DNA from: Selaginella moellendorffii
Taxonomy: Eukaryota; Plantae; Lycopodiophyta
Assembly (NCBI RefSeq): GCF_000143415.4
Contig: NW_003314278.1
Coordinates: forward strand, 1,748,362 to 1,812,361
Length of the DNA: 64,000 nt
Direction of reading: 5' to 3'
A program made the translations under genes and the position numbers. A model generated the notes under the pieces. The model was not told the origin of the DNA, made no database searches, and worked only from the letters and a program-made list of their open reading frames with translations. Of this stretch, positions 25,057 through 37,850 are shown piece after piece; the stretch's first letter is position 1, and the number at the start of each line of letters is the position of its first letter.

Positions 25057-27069
25057 GTGGTGACAAGGAGCTCGGGCGCGACAGCAGTGCTATCTCGGAA
25101 GCGCCGCAAGCTCCGTATCGCGGGAAAGTCAAATCTTTTGAAGGTGGATTGCTTGGAGCTCATCCAGACATGCCGGACCCTCTCTTTTGCTCGAGAGATC
25201 CATGCCGGGATTCGTCCCAACGACGTGTTTCTCAACAACAAGATGATCGATCTTTACGGCAGGTTTGGCAGCGTCCAGGATGCGCAAAGAACTTTCGATG
25301 CCATGGTCTCTCCAAACGCCTTTTCCTGGTTTTTGATCCTCAACGTGTACGCGAAGAATGGATACCTCCGCGACGCCAAGCATATCTTTGACGAGATGCC
25401 GCAAAGAGATTTGATCGCCTGGACTACCATGCTTGCAGCATATGCCAAAGAAGGTCATCTTGAGGCAGCAAAGCACATGTTTGGATCGATGCCTCAGAGG
25501 GATCTCGTGTCATGGAACACTATCATATCCGCGTTTGCACAAAACGGCGATATCCAACAAGCAAGATCTTCTTTCGAAAACGCGCCGTTAAGAAACTTGA
25601 TAACTTGGACGTCAATGTTAGCAGCATACGCCCAGAATGGGCACTTGGAGCACGCCGAGCATATCTTTTTCTCAATGCCAGAGAGAGATCTCGTGGCTTG
25701 GACAACAATGCTGGTAACTTACGGTAACAGTGGTCATGTAGAAGACGCTTTTAGAATATTTAGTCGTATGCCTGTGAGGAACGTAGTTGCATGGGCTTCT
25801 ATGCTCGCTGCATATACCCAAAACGGCCTCCTTGAGAGAGCTAGGAACTTGTTTGGCAAAATGCCCGAAAGAGATCTAGTATCATGGACGTGTATGCTCG
25901 CTGCCTTTGCGCAAAATCGAGAAATAGAAAAGGCCGAAACTGTTTTTTGGGATATGCCCCAGAGGGATATGGTTTCCTGGAATACTATGCTATTAGCTTA
26001 TGCCCAAAACGGGCATATAGAAACAGCAAGACATATGTTTCACGAAATGCCTGCAAGAGATCTTGTCACCTGGAGCTCAATGTTGGTGGCACTTGCCGAG
26101 AGTGGTAATTCAGGAGAAGCTAAAGCATTTTTTGATAAAATGCCGCAAAGAGACTTGGTGACTTGGAACTGTCTCCTTGCAATGTATGTACAAGCCGGGA
26201 ATTTTGACAAGGCCAAGCAAATGTTTGATGAGATGCCGCAGATAAACATGGTGACATCTACGTCGATGCTGGAAGCATACGCTCAAAAGGGCGATTTGGA
26301 AGGAGCGAAGTTTACATTTGACCAGATGCCTCAACAAGACGTGATCTCCCTTTCATGCATGCTAAATGCCTACTCTTTGCATGGACACCTAGAGGAGGCC
26401 AAAGCTTTGTTTGATCAGATGCCACAGTTCACTCTCATCTCATGCAACATCATGCTGGCAGCGTACAACCAAGCTCAAAACCTTGAAAGCTCCATCAAGA
26501 TGTTCATGGAAATGCCGGAAAGAGACTTGGCAACCTGGAACTCGATGCTTGGAGCATACGCCCAGAATGGCCAAATCTACAAGTCTAGCCGTGTGTTTGA
26601 GACAATGCCTCACCACGGTGGCGTGTCTTGGAGCACAATGCTAGCAGCTTACTGCCACAATGGCCAGTCTATGAGAGTGTTTGAGGCTTTCGACTCAATG
26701 CAGCTCGTAAGCCCTCCGGATGAGACATGTTTCGTTTCGTACTTGGTTGCTTCCAGCCATGAGGGAAAGCTCTCCAGTGGAAGAGCCTGCTTTCTCTCAA
26801 TTTCTCTGGATCACGGAATGGATTGCATCAAGCAGCATTACTGCTGCATGGTTGCGCTATTGGCGAGGACTGGTTACTTGGTGGAAGCCAAGAATTTGAT
26901 CCTCAACATGCCGTTTAAGGCCGATGTTGTAGATTGGATGTGTTTGCTCGGGGCCTGCCGAAGCCACAATGATATCAAGCTTGGAATGCACGCAGCTGGA
27001 TGCATTCTTAGCTCCAACTCAAGCAACACAGCAGGTTATGTTTTGCTCGCAAACATTCAAGGCACTTGA
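25057..27069 (+). CDS. PLS-class PPR protein with E domain, no DYW; first in-frame ATG at 25243
   Basis: Regular 31-aa repeats (RDLVAWTTMLxxYAQNGHLExAxxxFxxMP); C-terminal QHYCCMVALLARTG..MPF..DWMCLLGAC..GYVLLANI. Confidence 0.88.
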   Translation: MVTRSSGATAVLSRKRRKLRIAGKSNLLKVDCLELIQTCRTLSFAREIHAGIRPNDVFLNNKMIDLYGRFGSVQDAQRTFDAMVSPNAFSWFLILNVYAKNGYLRDAKHIFDEMPQRDLIAWTTMLAAYAKEGHLEAAKHMFGSMPQRDLVSWNTIISAFAQNGDIQQARSSFENAPLRNLITWTSMLAAYAQNGHLEHAEHIFFSMPERDLVAWTTMLVTYGNSGHVEDAFRIFSRMPVRNVVAWASMLAAYTQNGLLERARNLFGKMPERDLVSWTCMLAAFAQNREIEKAETVFWDMPQRDMVSWNTMLLAYAQNGHIETARHMFHEMPARDLVTWSSMLVALAESGNSGEAKAFFDKMPQRDLVTWNCLLAMYVQAGNFDKAKQMFDEMPQINMVTSTSMLEAYAQKGDLEGAKFTFDQMPQQDVISLSCMLNAYSLHGHLEEAKALFDQMPQFTLISCNIMLAAYNQAQNLESSIKMFMEMPERDLATWNSMLGAYAQNGQIYKSSRVFETMPHHGGVSWSTMLAAYCHNGQSMRVFEAFDSMQLVSPPDETCFVSYLVASSHEGKLSSGRACFLSISLDHGMDCIKQHYCCMVALLARTGYLVEAKNLILNMPFKADVVDWMCLLGACRSHNDIKLGMHAAGCILSSNSSNTAGYVLLANIQGT

Positions 27070-27199
27070 GAGTAGCCCAGTTTTATCAATGTCGTTAAGA
27101 CTTCTTAATCGAGTTCTTATAAAGCGCACAGGCCTTAAAAGGTTCCAGATATGAAACTTTCTCCTAATGTTTGCTGATTATTCCTAGGCCTGCCCATCC

Positions 27200-27820
27200 A
27201 TCATTTACAGTTACGAACACTACAATGGATTTTCTTCTCGTATGACGGCTGGGCAAGCTGAGTAAGAATTTCTTTGATTCTAAATTTCCTAGATTCTAAT
27301 TATTTATCTTTAGTTAGAACTCCCAGGAGCTGTATCGGTTCAGCCTGGCAGTCAAGCAAAATTGCTGACAACAAGAATCTGGGATTTCATAAAAGAGTTC
27401 GGATTCACTGTTTGGTTCATTTTCTCCCACACTATGGGAAGACCAAATCATCGGAGTAATAGATGATGGCATCTGGCCTGAATCCGAAAGGTTTAGGGAC
27501 GATGGGTATCGGATGTTCCGACAAGAGTTTCAACACATCACACTGCATCGTATATTCATAAATGTTACTTCAGATTATTGGTGCAAAGTATATTTACCAG
27601 AGATCACCTGGTTTTCTCTCTGCTAGAGATAGCGTGGAACTCACGGACTTTAGTTGGAAATGCCAACTTTTTGGTTGGGAATTTGCTTCTGGAGGTGCAC
27701 TGACAAAGTTTGCTGGGCACGGGACTGCAATACCGCTGATATTGTGGTTGGGATTGATAGTGCGATTGATGATGGTGTTGATATCACTTCAATGTCAATG
27801 GGGGTTGTTTACATACATGT
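27200..27820 (+). pseudogene. Subtilase pseudogene, 5' part (I9 through catalytic Asp region)
   Basis: YSYEHYNGFSS, IDDGIWPESE, IIGAKY, FLSARDS, ADIVVGIDSAIDDGVDITSMSMG; frameshifted. Confidence 0.85.
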
Positions 27821-28499
27821 TGTTGCAAGTAGGTCAAAATACATACCTACTTGAAACCCTATCGTGAAAAGGACTACTTTAGGGGATCGCTAAGGATGTT
27901 GTGACGAGTGTTGGAAGTCATGACCTGGATAATGTCCTGTGGTTGTAAAGAGCTCATATGGTGTCCTTGGGTGGAGGAAACTTGTGGACCAAATTGAGCT
28001 GCTGCTAGAACAAAGCCATTGCAACCTCCACCTTTCCCATATAGAGAAATCACAAGCTTTTGTTGTCCATGAATACTGTCTAGTTGCTATGTACTGGTGG
28101 ACAGTTTGCAAGAGGTGCTAGAGAGTTGTCAGCCAGAGTGTGAGTAGAAGTGACTGTCAGAGATGTTGCTTCTATGTTACTTGTTGCACTCACAAGGTCA
28201 CATGATGAAGTATATGTGCCGTGGAGGAAATGAAAGGTAAGCACAATATTACAAATAGGTTGGTGGATAGAGGCTCTAAAAGATGTTGAAAGATTGCAAG
28301 CTATGTCTCCAATAATGTGATGGCTGGCAATTCTCATTCATGTGTGGGACTCGAGAATCCATCTAATGGCCCACAGTTGCAGCTCCAAGAGCATGTCTAT
28401 GTCCTCCAAAAGCTTGATTGTGCAAGGTTGAGTAAGAATGACAGTTGGAGATTTTGAATCTAACTTTGTCTCAATTGGAATCTCCATCAAGATGTGAAG

Positions 28500-29520
28500 C
28501 ATGGTTGTGATGGTTGTGGTCCCAAGAGATGCCAATAAAAATGCTTTATTATATGGATTATCTATTGGTGCCTAGAGCAATTGTATCTACTTCAGATGCA
28601 AAGGGGTCAAAGAAAGTTCTTCGTGAAAAATTATAAATAGAGTTGTCATTATTGTGGCGAGTTTGGACACTACAAGGTTAATATTCCACAGTTAAAAAAC
28701 AAGTAGCAAGACAAAAAAAATGGCCAATCTTTTACTGACAGTAAGTCAAATATTAAAAAGTTGCAAACTTTGTAGTGGGGATGATTATTCCAATTAGAGG
28801 AAGAGGTTTTTGATCATTGCTCGTCAACTCAATTATATGTGGAATAAGATGGAGCAAAAACACTTGTGAATCAGCTCTAATGCTGGAGTGTATGTTCTGT
28901 GGCTGTCTAATGTGAATTTTATTGGATAGTAGGAGCAATAACAACTTTGTTTTGACAAAGTTTAATGAAGAGCATGGCATGGTAACACCCATATACAGTG
29001 GAAGGTGCAATTACTTCTGCTCAACATTTCAATACTTGTGTAGAGGGGTTGGAAGTGTTGGTTGACAAAACCATCTTTTTAGAAATTTTTTATCTCACGA
29101 ATATCCATTATATGGATTTCATTCTTGGAATGCGATAGTTAGTGAAGGTGGATTTAGAGATAAAGTGAGCATGTCTCACTGAAGTACAATGGCGTTAAAG
29201 ATATATGGTTTGAAGAGGGAGTTTAACTTTAAATTGTTATGCTCTTCATTACATTTTTTAAGCGAGTTTGTTGTAATGTTTTCCGATGTTTTTCTATTTG
29301 AACTTCCTCATGTTGCCTCCATAGAGCATGGGATTACATTGGAGCTGGGAACACAAGCAATTTATCAATATCCATTCTATTTGAGTTATGTAGAGGAATA
29401 AGAAGTTCAATAATAAGTCAAAGAATTACTTGAGTTTGGATTTATTCAGCCAATTAAGTTTTCATTTGGTACTCCAATCTTGCTTATGAAGAAGAAGGAT
29501 AGTTCAATGTGGATGTGCAT
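28500..29520 (+). mobile_element. Degenerate Ty3/Gypsy retrotransposon gag-pol remnant
   Basis: Zinc knuckle CHYCGEFGH (~28644), protease-like ILLDSRSNNNFV (~28916), RT entry IEHGITLELG..PFYLS..VKELLEFGFIQP..FGTPILLMKKKDSSMWMCI; many stops. Confidence 0.8.
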
Positions 29521-29521
29521 A

Positions 29522-29620
29522 ATACTAATGATACCATTCATTCTAAATAAACATCCAAAGAAAGTACAAAACCCAAAGTGCATTTGGATGTTTATCTAGA
29601 ATGAATGGTATTATTAGTAT
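29522..29620. repeat. Near-perfect inverted repeat (38-bp arms, ~23-nt loop)
   Basis: atactaatgataccattcattctaaataaacatccaaa pairs with tttggatgtttatctagaatgaatggtattattagtat, 2 mismatches. Confidence 0.9.
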
Positions 29621-29949
29621 CAGTTTTATTATTCTTAAGAAACATGGTTGCAATTCTTCTCCCTAGACACAGTCAAGCTATTCTTTCCTATAAGAGTAAA
29701 TAAGCAATTGGCTTCTAACATAGTATTACATTTATGCCCACCACAAAACAAATAACATGGGGTTTAGATTCTCTTTTATCCACTTTATTTACACTATAAG
29801 AGCACAAGAAAATAGCGAAAGAGAAATATTTATATCATTTTGTGTTCTCCTATAAATAATTTGATTTGTGTGGACTTTTAGAATGCTAAAAAACACTCGA
29901 GAACGTGAAGGTGGTGATAAATTACTCATTGAACATATGCTCTCCAATC

Positions 29950-32900
29950 TGAATTTTTAACCACTTTAACTTTTGTATATATTTTTTTATAATAAAATTC
30001 AAGGGAAGTCAAGTAGCATGATTGTTGGAATGAGGGTTTAGGCTTTCTCCATAGTTAAGGAATTTTAACCAGATAATAAAATTTAGTTTTTTAAATTTCA
30101 TATAGAAAAAGAGAAATTCTAATAGTTCCAAGACACAAAAGTTATATCACTCTCCTAAAGAAGGACAAATTATAGTTGATTTAATGAGTTTTGGTTATTC
30201 TTATATAATTTACTCTTTAATTTGTTGATTTATATACAAATAAAAGTTTCTCATTGTTACAAAATAGTATATATTTTTGTTATTTATATTAGACTAAAAT
30301 ATAAAGATGTAAATATGTAAAATTTGATTGATATAGAGCTAGTTTACTTTTTCCTGTGGTTGTGTTTATCCCGTGGATAGAGCTGATGCTTGTATTATAG
30401 CTGAATAAAATAAATTTAATTAAGAAAAATCTAAATTTTTAGCCACTTTAACTTTTGCATTTATTTATTTTCATAATAAAATTTAAGGGAAGTTAAGAGG
30501 TATGAATGATATAATGGCTTTTTCCATAGTTAATAAATTTTTACTATATCCTTTAGATAATAAAATTAAGTTTTTAAAATTTAAGAAAAAAGGATTGCTA
30601 TCGACACTAGAAATTTCAGCAATTCCAATACAAAAAAGTTATATCATTCTCTTAAAGAATGACAAACTATGGATGATTTAATGAATTTTAATTATTCTTA
30701 CACATAATTAACACTTTAATCTATTGATTTATATAAAAAGACAAAGTTTGTCATGATTGTAAAATAGTATATATTTTTTTATTTAGATTGGAATAAAATG
30801 TAAAAATGTAAAGATGTAAAATTGAACTAACACAAAGCTAATTTACTTTTTCTTGTGGTTATGGTTATCCTGTGGATAGAGCTAATACCTGTATTACAGT
30901 TGAATAAAGTAAATTTAATTAAAAAAAAGCTTAATAAACAAAACTTTAAATTTTTGGCCACTTTAACTTTTGTATCTATTTTTTTCATAATAAATTTCAA
31001 AAGAAGTCAAATAATATGACTGCTAAAATGAGGGTTTAAGCTTTTTCTATAGTTAAGGAATTTTTACTATAACCTTAATAAAGTTTAATTTTTAAAATTG
31101 CATAAACTAAGAGTTGTTATTAATATTAAAAATTTCAGTAGTTCCAAGACACAAAGTTATGACACTCTTCTAAAGAAAGATAAGTTATAGCTAATTTAAT
31201 GAGTTTTAGTTATTTTTACATATAATTGATTCTTTAATTTGTTGATTTATGTAAAAAGATAAAGTTTTCTATAGTTGCAAAATAGTATATATTTTTGTTA
31301 TTTAGATTGGAATAAAATATAAAGATGTAAAGATGTAAAATTAAACTTATTCAGAGTTAATTTATATTTTCCTATGGTTGTGGTTATCCCGTGGATAATG
31401 CATATATTACATTAATAAGGAAAATTTAATAAAGAAAAAGCTTACCTCAAAAAAATTTGTATTTTCTTATAAACTAAATGATTCGAAATACCAAAAATTG
31501 GTGCCAACCAATTTTCAACTGATTCAATGAGATAAACCATGTAGTATCTCAGAAGATGGGCTCCCCACACAGATTTCCCGTCATGCTACTGCTGCTCGTT
31601 GACGATGTCTAGAGCTTGGAGCTCGAGTGCCAGCTATAAATGGTGTGCTCTCCAACTTGTGTGGACAGCATGTGAACGCTGAACCGCTCTTGGTTGCCTC
31701 TCATCTCCAACTTGATCTGACCATACGTATTAGCCAGCTCGGGAGAGTTGTTGCTGCGGTTGCAAAAGGTGAGAACCGGGAGCTCAAGTTGGAATCTGGT
31801 GCCGGGTTGCAAATGGCCACTTGCAACCGCCATCGGTTGTCCGCCCAGTGCAAGCCCTCGGACAAGACAGCATCTCTGTGAAAGCCACACACCATGCCAG
31901 AGCACGAGGCCATGGGAATGAAGTGCCACGGCAACAACCTGTTTACCACAATGCCTACCAGCTGCTCGTCTGGGTACCAGGCCAGCACCGGTGGCCATGA
32001 CAATTCCCCAAACTGTGTCATGAGTAAGAGCACGCACTCCTTCCCCTAGCTGAGATGTCCAGCTCTGGGAGATGATCGACCAAACTTGCCTTGGTAGTGC
32101 AAGTAGTGCTCCAATTTTTTCCTCGTCAAGTCCAACATGAGGTCATAGGATTTAGACAATATATAAGGGTTTATATGAGTCGCAGAAAAGGTTAAACTAT
32201 AAACATGTTTATACTTCATAAACCTCTTTAGAACGCTTATAAGATATTTATTCTATAAGCTTCTCTTTCATAAACATCTTATCAGCTATTTGATAAGACC
32301 AAACTCATTAATACGAATGCAATATCATCAACTTTGAAGTAGAATGGTTATAGCTACTTGGGGGATCCTAGCTCTAGAAAATTTAAAATTCCAAAATAAA
32401 GTAGTATTAAATTTTAATAAAAAATGTAACTAACAACAATAAAAGTATATACTACATAACTCTCCTATTTTTCTTATTTTTTCTGATAGTCAGACAATTT
32501 AATTCTAAATAAAAAATATATATACTATTTTGCAACCATGGAAAAATTTGTCTTTTTATATAAATCAACAGATTAAAGAATAAATTATATGTAAGAATAA
32601 CCAAAACTCATTAAATCAGTCATAGTTTGTCCTTCTTTAAAAGAGTGATATAGCTTTTATATTTTGGACCCGCGCCAAGGAGCTCTTGGATGCTCTATAA
32701 ACACACGCTGGTGACATGAGGTTCGCACATTCTCCGCGAGAATCACCAGATCTCTGCTATGAGCAAATGGGAGGCCAAATCCCTCTTGGGCATCTCGCGA
32801 TGGCTTTCCCCCGGCATCCGTCTGGATCACTGTGTCCCACGATGCGAAGTTCCATTGTCCATCGTCTTGGTCCGCAGCGCTAGATCAAAGAAGTTGTAAC

Positions 32901-33345
32901 ATCCACAACTCTTTTCTAAATTAAACTGACTATAAATTCTTTCCTAATACCCTTGTGTTCCTATTCCAACCTCTCTTCTACCTTATCTGCAAATCCATCT
33001 AATCCTTGAGACTTTTGTTGGTTTACGGCGCTACACCAAAGAAGTTGTAACATCCACAACTCTTTTTTAGATTAAACTGACTGCAAAATGGGTTATTTTA
33101 TTTTTTTAATAATTTAATTTAAATTTTTTTCACAAATGATTTTAAAATTGGACTGACATAAAGTAATTTACTTTTTCTTGTGGTTGTGGTTATCCTGTAG
33201 ATGAAGTTGATGCCTGTATTACAACTGAATAAAGCAAATCTAATAAACAAAAAACTTAATTTAAAGTAATTTGTATTTTGTTATAAATTGAAAGATTGGT
33301 GTCAGCCAATTTTAAATTGATTCGATAAAATAAACCACATGATAT
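29950..33345. repeat. AT-rich ~500-bp tandem repeat: three copies at 29950-31545 plus a broken fourth (inverted piece 32500-32668, direct piece 33160-33345)
   Basis: ccactttaacttttg recurs at ~29961, 30443, 30958; tttttc(c/t)tgtggtt..ttatcc.gtggata recurs at ~30347, 30846, 31367, 33172. Confidence 0.85.
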
Positions 33346-33828
33346 GCATTGTTGCTCTCCCCTATTTTGTCATCCATAATCCATATAATTAACCAAACCA
33401 TTAATTTATAAAAGAAATAAACATCCGGGAAAACAAATAATAGTTACACTTCCCAAAAGTGGATGTTTTAAAACTGCAGTACATGCAAAAAAGAATCTTA
33501 TTCCACTTAAAAATCTGTAGTTGAAGCAACTCATGATTTCATTCTACCAAGACAAATGTTATTTTAGTTTAGTCTAATATCAACAATAGCAATTGCTAAA
33601 AGAATAATTAGAATTTTATAAATTGACACTTGAAGGTACAGAAACTACATAATTTCTGAACTTACACAACTTAAAATAAAATTAAATTAAATTAAATTTT
33701 AATTTAGTCCAATTTAGTAAAAAAAACTTTATTTACCAAACCAAAGTTCTGTAAATTTAGAAACCATATAACCATCCCTGTAAGTGTAAATTCATAGAAG
33801 TCCAATTGTTCTCTCAACGAACACTACT

Positions 33829-34230
33829 GTCAATATGCACCTTTTCTTCTAGTTTTTCCATCAATCTCTTCAGCATGCATGCTGTCAGCCGGCTACCGTC
33901 AATATGCACCTTTTCTTCTAGTTTTTCCATCAATCTCTTCGGCATGCATGCTGTCCAGCTGACTCCATTGTGGAGTCTAGCTCTTTCAGAAAGAGCTCTT
34001 TCCGAAATCAGCTTTATAATCATAGCAGTAGTAGCATCAAACCCTGGAAGGAAGCCAATCAAAGCCCAGAAGGAAGCCGATCAAACCCTGGAAGGAAGCC
34101 GATCGCAGCCGTGCGAGCCGATCGCGAGTCACATCAAACCCTAGCAAAGAAAGGCAGCAAGAAGCCGATGAGTATAGCCGTATCAAACTGACGAGCAGGA
34201 AAGCCGATGAGAGTATAGCCGACGAGCAGG
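33829..34230. repeat. ~59-bp direct duplication followed by ~22-bp atcaaaccctggaaggaagcc units
   Basis: gtcaatatgcaccttttcttctagtttttccatcaatctcttc.gcatgcatgctgtc at 33829 and 33898; short units at 34036-34103. Confidence 0.8.
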
Positions 34231-34489
34231 AGAAGCAAGCCGCAAAGCCCCGCGCGGGAACAGCAACTGGGGCAGCGCGGCACAAACAAAGAACCCTACT
34301 CTAGCAATCGATACTGCGCAGCATAGTTAGAATTAAGTTTAGAACTGATATTTATCATAATTGGTTTGCTTAAGCAGCAACAGTGATAGAATTTGCTGCA
34401 TCGCGCTGAGACCTGCGAGAAACTGGGTCTCCAAGCGAGAATCCGCCGCGGCGGTGAAGCTGACAAACTCCAGGCACTCATATAAACGA

Positions 34490-34998
34490 AGTACCTTGAA
34501 AGCTGCTGCAAGAAGGCTCCAACGAAAACCATCCAATGCATGGGATCCAGTCCACCGCCGAAGAGGAACGCCTTTAACCACTGGAGGTGTCTAACAGACC
34601 AAAGATCTCCAACTTTTCATCTTCGTTCGCGTTGAGCACATAGAACACGGCTCCAGCAGGGATGGTATAATCCTTCTTAACAGTCGACTTCCCACGAATC
34701 GATCCAATCAGAGCATCACCTGTTCAGTTGTGACATCACGATCAACGAATCTAAGAGAAAACAATTCTTAAGTACCTTTCTGGAAAGGCTTGCGTCTATG
34801 TGGTAGCAGCAGCGCTATGGTGATGAAGCCAAGAGCTACATCACGCTCCTTAAGTGACAGGTTCGTGAGACCCCATCAAAGCTTGGATTTCACCAGCATC
34901 AAGTCCTCCTCATACTCAACTTCGCTGGTCGATCCAGATGATCCCGATGACGCGGCTACAAGGGCCGCAAGTGCCACCACTAGCAAGAGCTTAATCAT
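34490..34998 (-). pseudogene. Vicilin-like (7S cupin) protein pseudogene
   Basis: Signal peptide MIKLLLVVALAALVAAS, premature TGA, then VALGFITI..LLLPH, YTIPAGAVFYVLNANEDEKLEIFGLLDTS, GF..SLLAAAFKV. Confidence 0.7.
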
Positions 34999-35489
34999 CC
35001 TGCAAGAGACGGAAACAAAATCTCGAACGGAAAGCGACTTTCCCGTTCTCCGTGACCATTATAAACAAGGATTTTTGTCAGTTTCGGCATGAGTCTCGGT
35101 GGCAGCTTCCCGTTTCCTTGAGGTGCACAAGAGCTTGTTTGCATCTTTCGAGATGGACTGACAGTTTGCTTGCTTAGATCCACTTCGTCGTACTATAGAA
35201 GTTAGAAGGTACTTACTTGCTCTAGTACCACGTTTGTTGCTGATTGAACTTGCTTGGAAAATAGCTCCATATCAGAGATTCTGGAGTGGGATGATGGCAT
35301 TCCAAATACAGGTGTTGGTTCCATTCGGCCCAAATTTCATGAATACGATTAAACTTTGCTCTGAGTTTTTTCTTATAGCAAAACAGGTGTCACGCATGCA
35401 AGACTCGTTCCGCCACCATTCGTCCAGCCAGCACCGCGAGCATGCAGATCGTGACCGTGATGATCAGAAGGTACACTGCCATTTTTTGC

Positions 35490-37850
35490 CCGAGGCCTCC
35501 GGAGGCTCGGGAGTAGAAGCTGCTTCGGACGTGCGGTGCCGGTGCTACTGCCGGGAGCTCGCTTCGTGTCTGTGTCTTTCTTTGCTGTCGACTTGGAGCC
35601 GGGGGTTTCGCATCAGAGACGATGTCAACCTTCGGCATTCTCACCTCGTGGTTGAGTCCGATAAGTGCTGTCGGTGCGCAAGAGAGGCTGACGAAGTATA
35701 TGAGCGGTTACCATTGGGTGAAAACCGCCATCCCCACAACAGCCATCACCCGGTCGCGACTGCAGAGATATGGTCACGTTCCTTACTCCGGCATCAAGTT
35801 CCCTTCTTGCTCATCGTGTCCTCGTGTTTCTCACTAACAATTTTCTCGAGTTGACGCCTGCGTGAGGAACATTGATGTAGTACTTCTCAGCGTTATACGG
35901 CAAATAGCTGACAAACCTGAAAGCAGCAAGGCGAGGCTCCGGTAGCCTGCATGAGAGCCACAAGTTGGCGAACAAAGTCCCCAGCGCCTGGTTCCAGACC
36001 TCGCTTGACGCGGTTCCAGCACAGGAGATTCCCACGCGCCATAACGAACGTGAGCGTTGTATGACTCCGACAAAAGGGAAACGATTTTTGGAGTCTAAAA
36101 GAAAAAGTTAGACAACATCGTATGCTAGAGAAAGGATGAATCTTACCTGAGCAGGATCAATGCTCTTCGGACATCGTCACTCGCGTCCGAAACGGCAAAA
36201 TGCAGCAGACGGCGGATAGCACTGTTGTTAGACGTGCCTCTATACTCCAGAGCCAAGGCGTACATGCCACCATAACGAAGAATAGGATCCCGATCCCTTG
36301 TCATCTGCTGGATCAAAGTATCTGCTTCTTCTTAACGACAACCAGCGCTATTCCAAGAGCCAACTCCCTTATAATCTTTTCGTGTTGTGTATCGTGAGCA
36401 TTTCTCCAGCTTTATCGCTGGCGCTTCCAACCATCCATGAGCAGACCCATAGCAATCCCTGCGGCCTCGCCAGCGACGGCATATGTTTTATGTCTTCGTA
36501 GATTTCAGCGTCGGCAGTGCCCAGTGCGGCTAGTCCTAGTCCAAGGCAAGATCATCTGAATCACAAGCACCAAGACATTCACATACGTCTTCCTAAGAAT
36601 GAAGCTTACCTCATTGTTTGTCTTTCTCAAGTTTTCTAGTAAGAACGACTTGATTCCTTCACCGTGGTTAGCATGTATTAGCCCTAAGGCCACCTTCCGA
36701 GTATGGACTTCCCCACCAGTCCCACCATCTTGAGGAAGATATGGAGCAATTAAAGAGCGGCCCTGCTGTAAATGACTCTGCGAACAACACCAGTTCAGTT
36801 GGTGGCCTGACTTGGCCAATCCTAGCAATGTGCTCCTTCAATCAGCCGCAGCATTAACAACAAAAATAAACGCTCACCCCCATGCACCAAAGCTATAGTA
36901 GAGCTGTGACAAACACTGTTTCTCGTTTCAACTGATTGCTTGATAGTCTTCAGAATAAGGAGGTTGGACCTGAAAAATCAGCAGGCATAAGAATCGAGAA
37001 CACTGACAATGGTTCTTACTTGTCACGGCTGTATAAAAACTGGAAAGTGAGATGAATAAGCGTTTCTCCAGAAAGAATGCCCTTCAATTTCCCCGCTTCA
37101 TATCATTCTATCTCACAGTCTGTGTCTCTCAATGATCCTCAGACTGTCGCTAATATCCCTTGACAAGCTAGGGAAACAAGGTAATAATGCTTTCGTTAAC
37201 TTTGATTCTGAAGTTCTTACTCGATCGAAGCACTTTTGGCTTACCAGATCGCCTTCGATTTGTTTGAAAACAAGAGCCAGCTCTTCCTACTGAATGTGAG
37301 GGACCGTCGCCAGAGGCTCGGGCTGGAAATAGTTCAGGCGGCGGCAACAATACGAAAGCTACAGAACAAATCGGAATGATGGACGTTTTAACAAGTGCAA
37401 ACTCCGTAGAAGGAGACAACGTTGAGGACTCCCAGGATATCATTTATGTCGGCAGGATTAAACGGATAACCTAGTCAAAAGAAAAGAACAGAAAATAATA
37501 AGAATTATAGAAGCTAAGCACTACGCAAGCATTCCCAGCACATTCTCACTCTTCTGGGAGTTTGGCAAGCCTTTGCGATTCTAATGCCATGCCGATTGCC
37601 TGCCCATACTTTCTCTTCTGCATGCACCTAAGACGACACAAGGTAAAAGAATTGACCAAAATTGCAGCAATGTGAGCTCATCCTTTCCACGATTGGGTCA
37701 ATGTCCCCATCTGGTGTTTTCCGATGAGCGATAAGCACAAAAGAGTCAAACACCATCCCTGGAAGAACGAAAAATAGAAATGCCATACCCACGAGAGTTC
37801 TGACAGAGTGCGAATCTTCCAGAACAGAGAGTTCGAATGAGCTCGAGATA
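35490..37850 (-). pseudogene. RPN2: 26S proteasome regulatory subunit RPN2 (PSMD1) pseudogene, intron-containing, heavily deleted
   Basis: Collinear fragments YGQAIGMALE, KGILSGET, LLILKTIKQSVETRNSVCHS, HLQQGRSLIAPYLPQ, LGLIHANHGEGIK, VSLLSESYNAHVRYG, GISCAGT, LDAGVRNVTISLQ, PTALIGLN..RMPK. Confidence 0.88.

Noticed and set aside
34036-34230. Short repeats as a possible CRISPR array
   Set aside because: Eukaryotic context, no regular unique spacers, no cas genes
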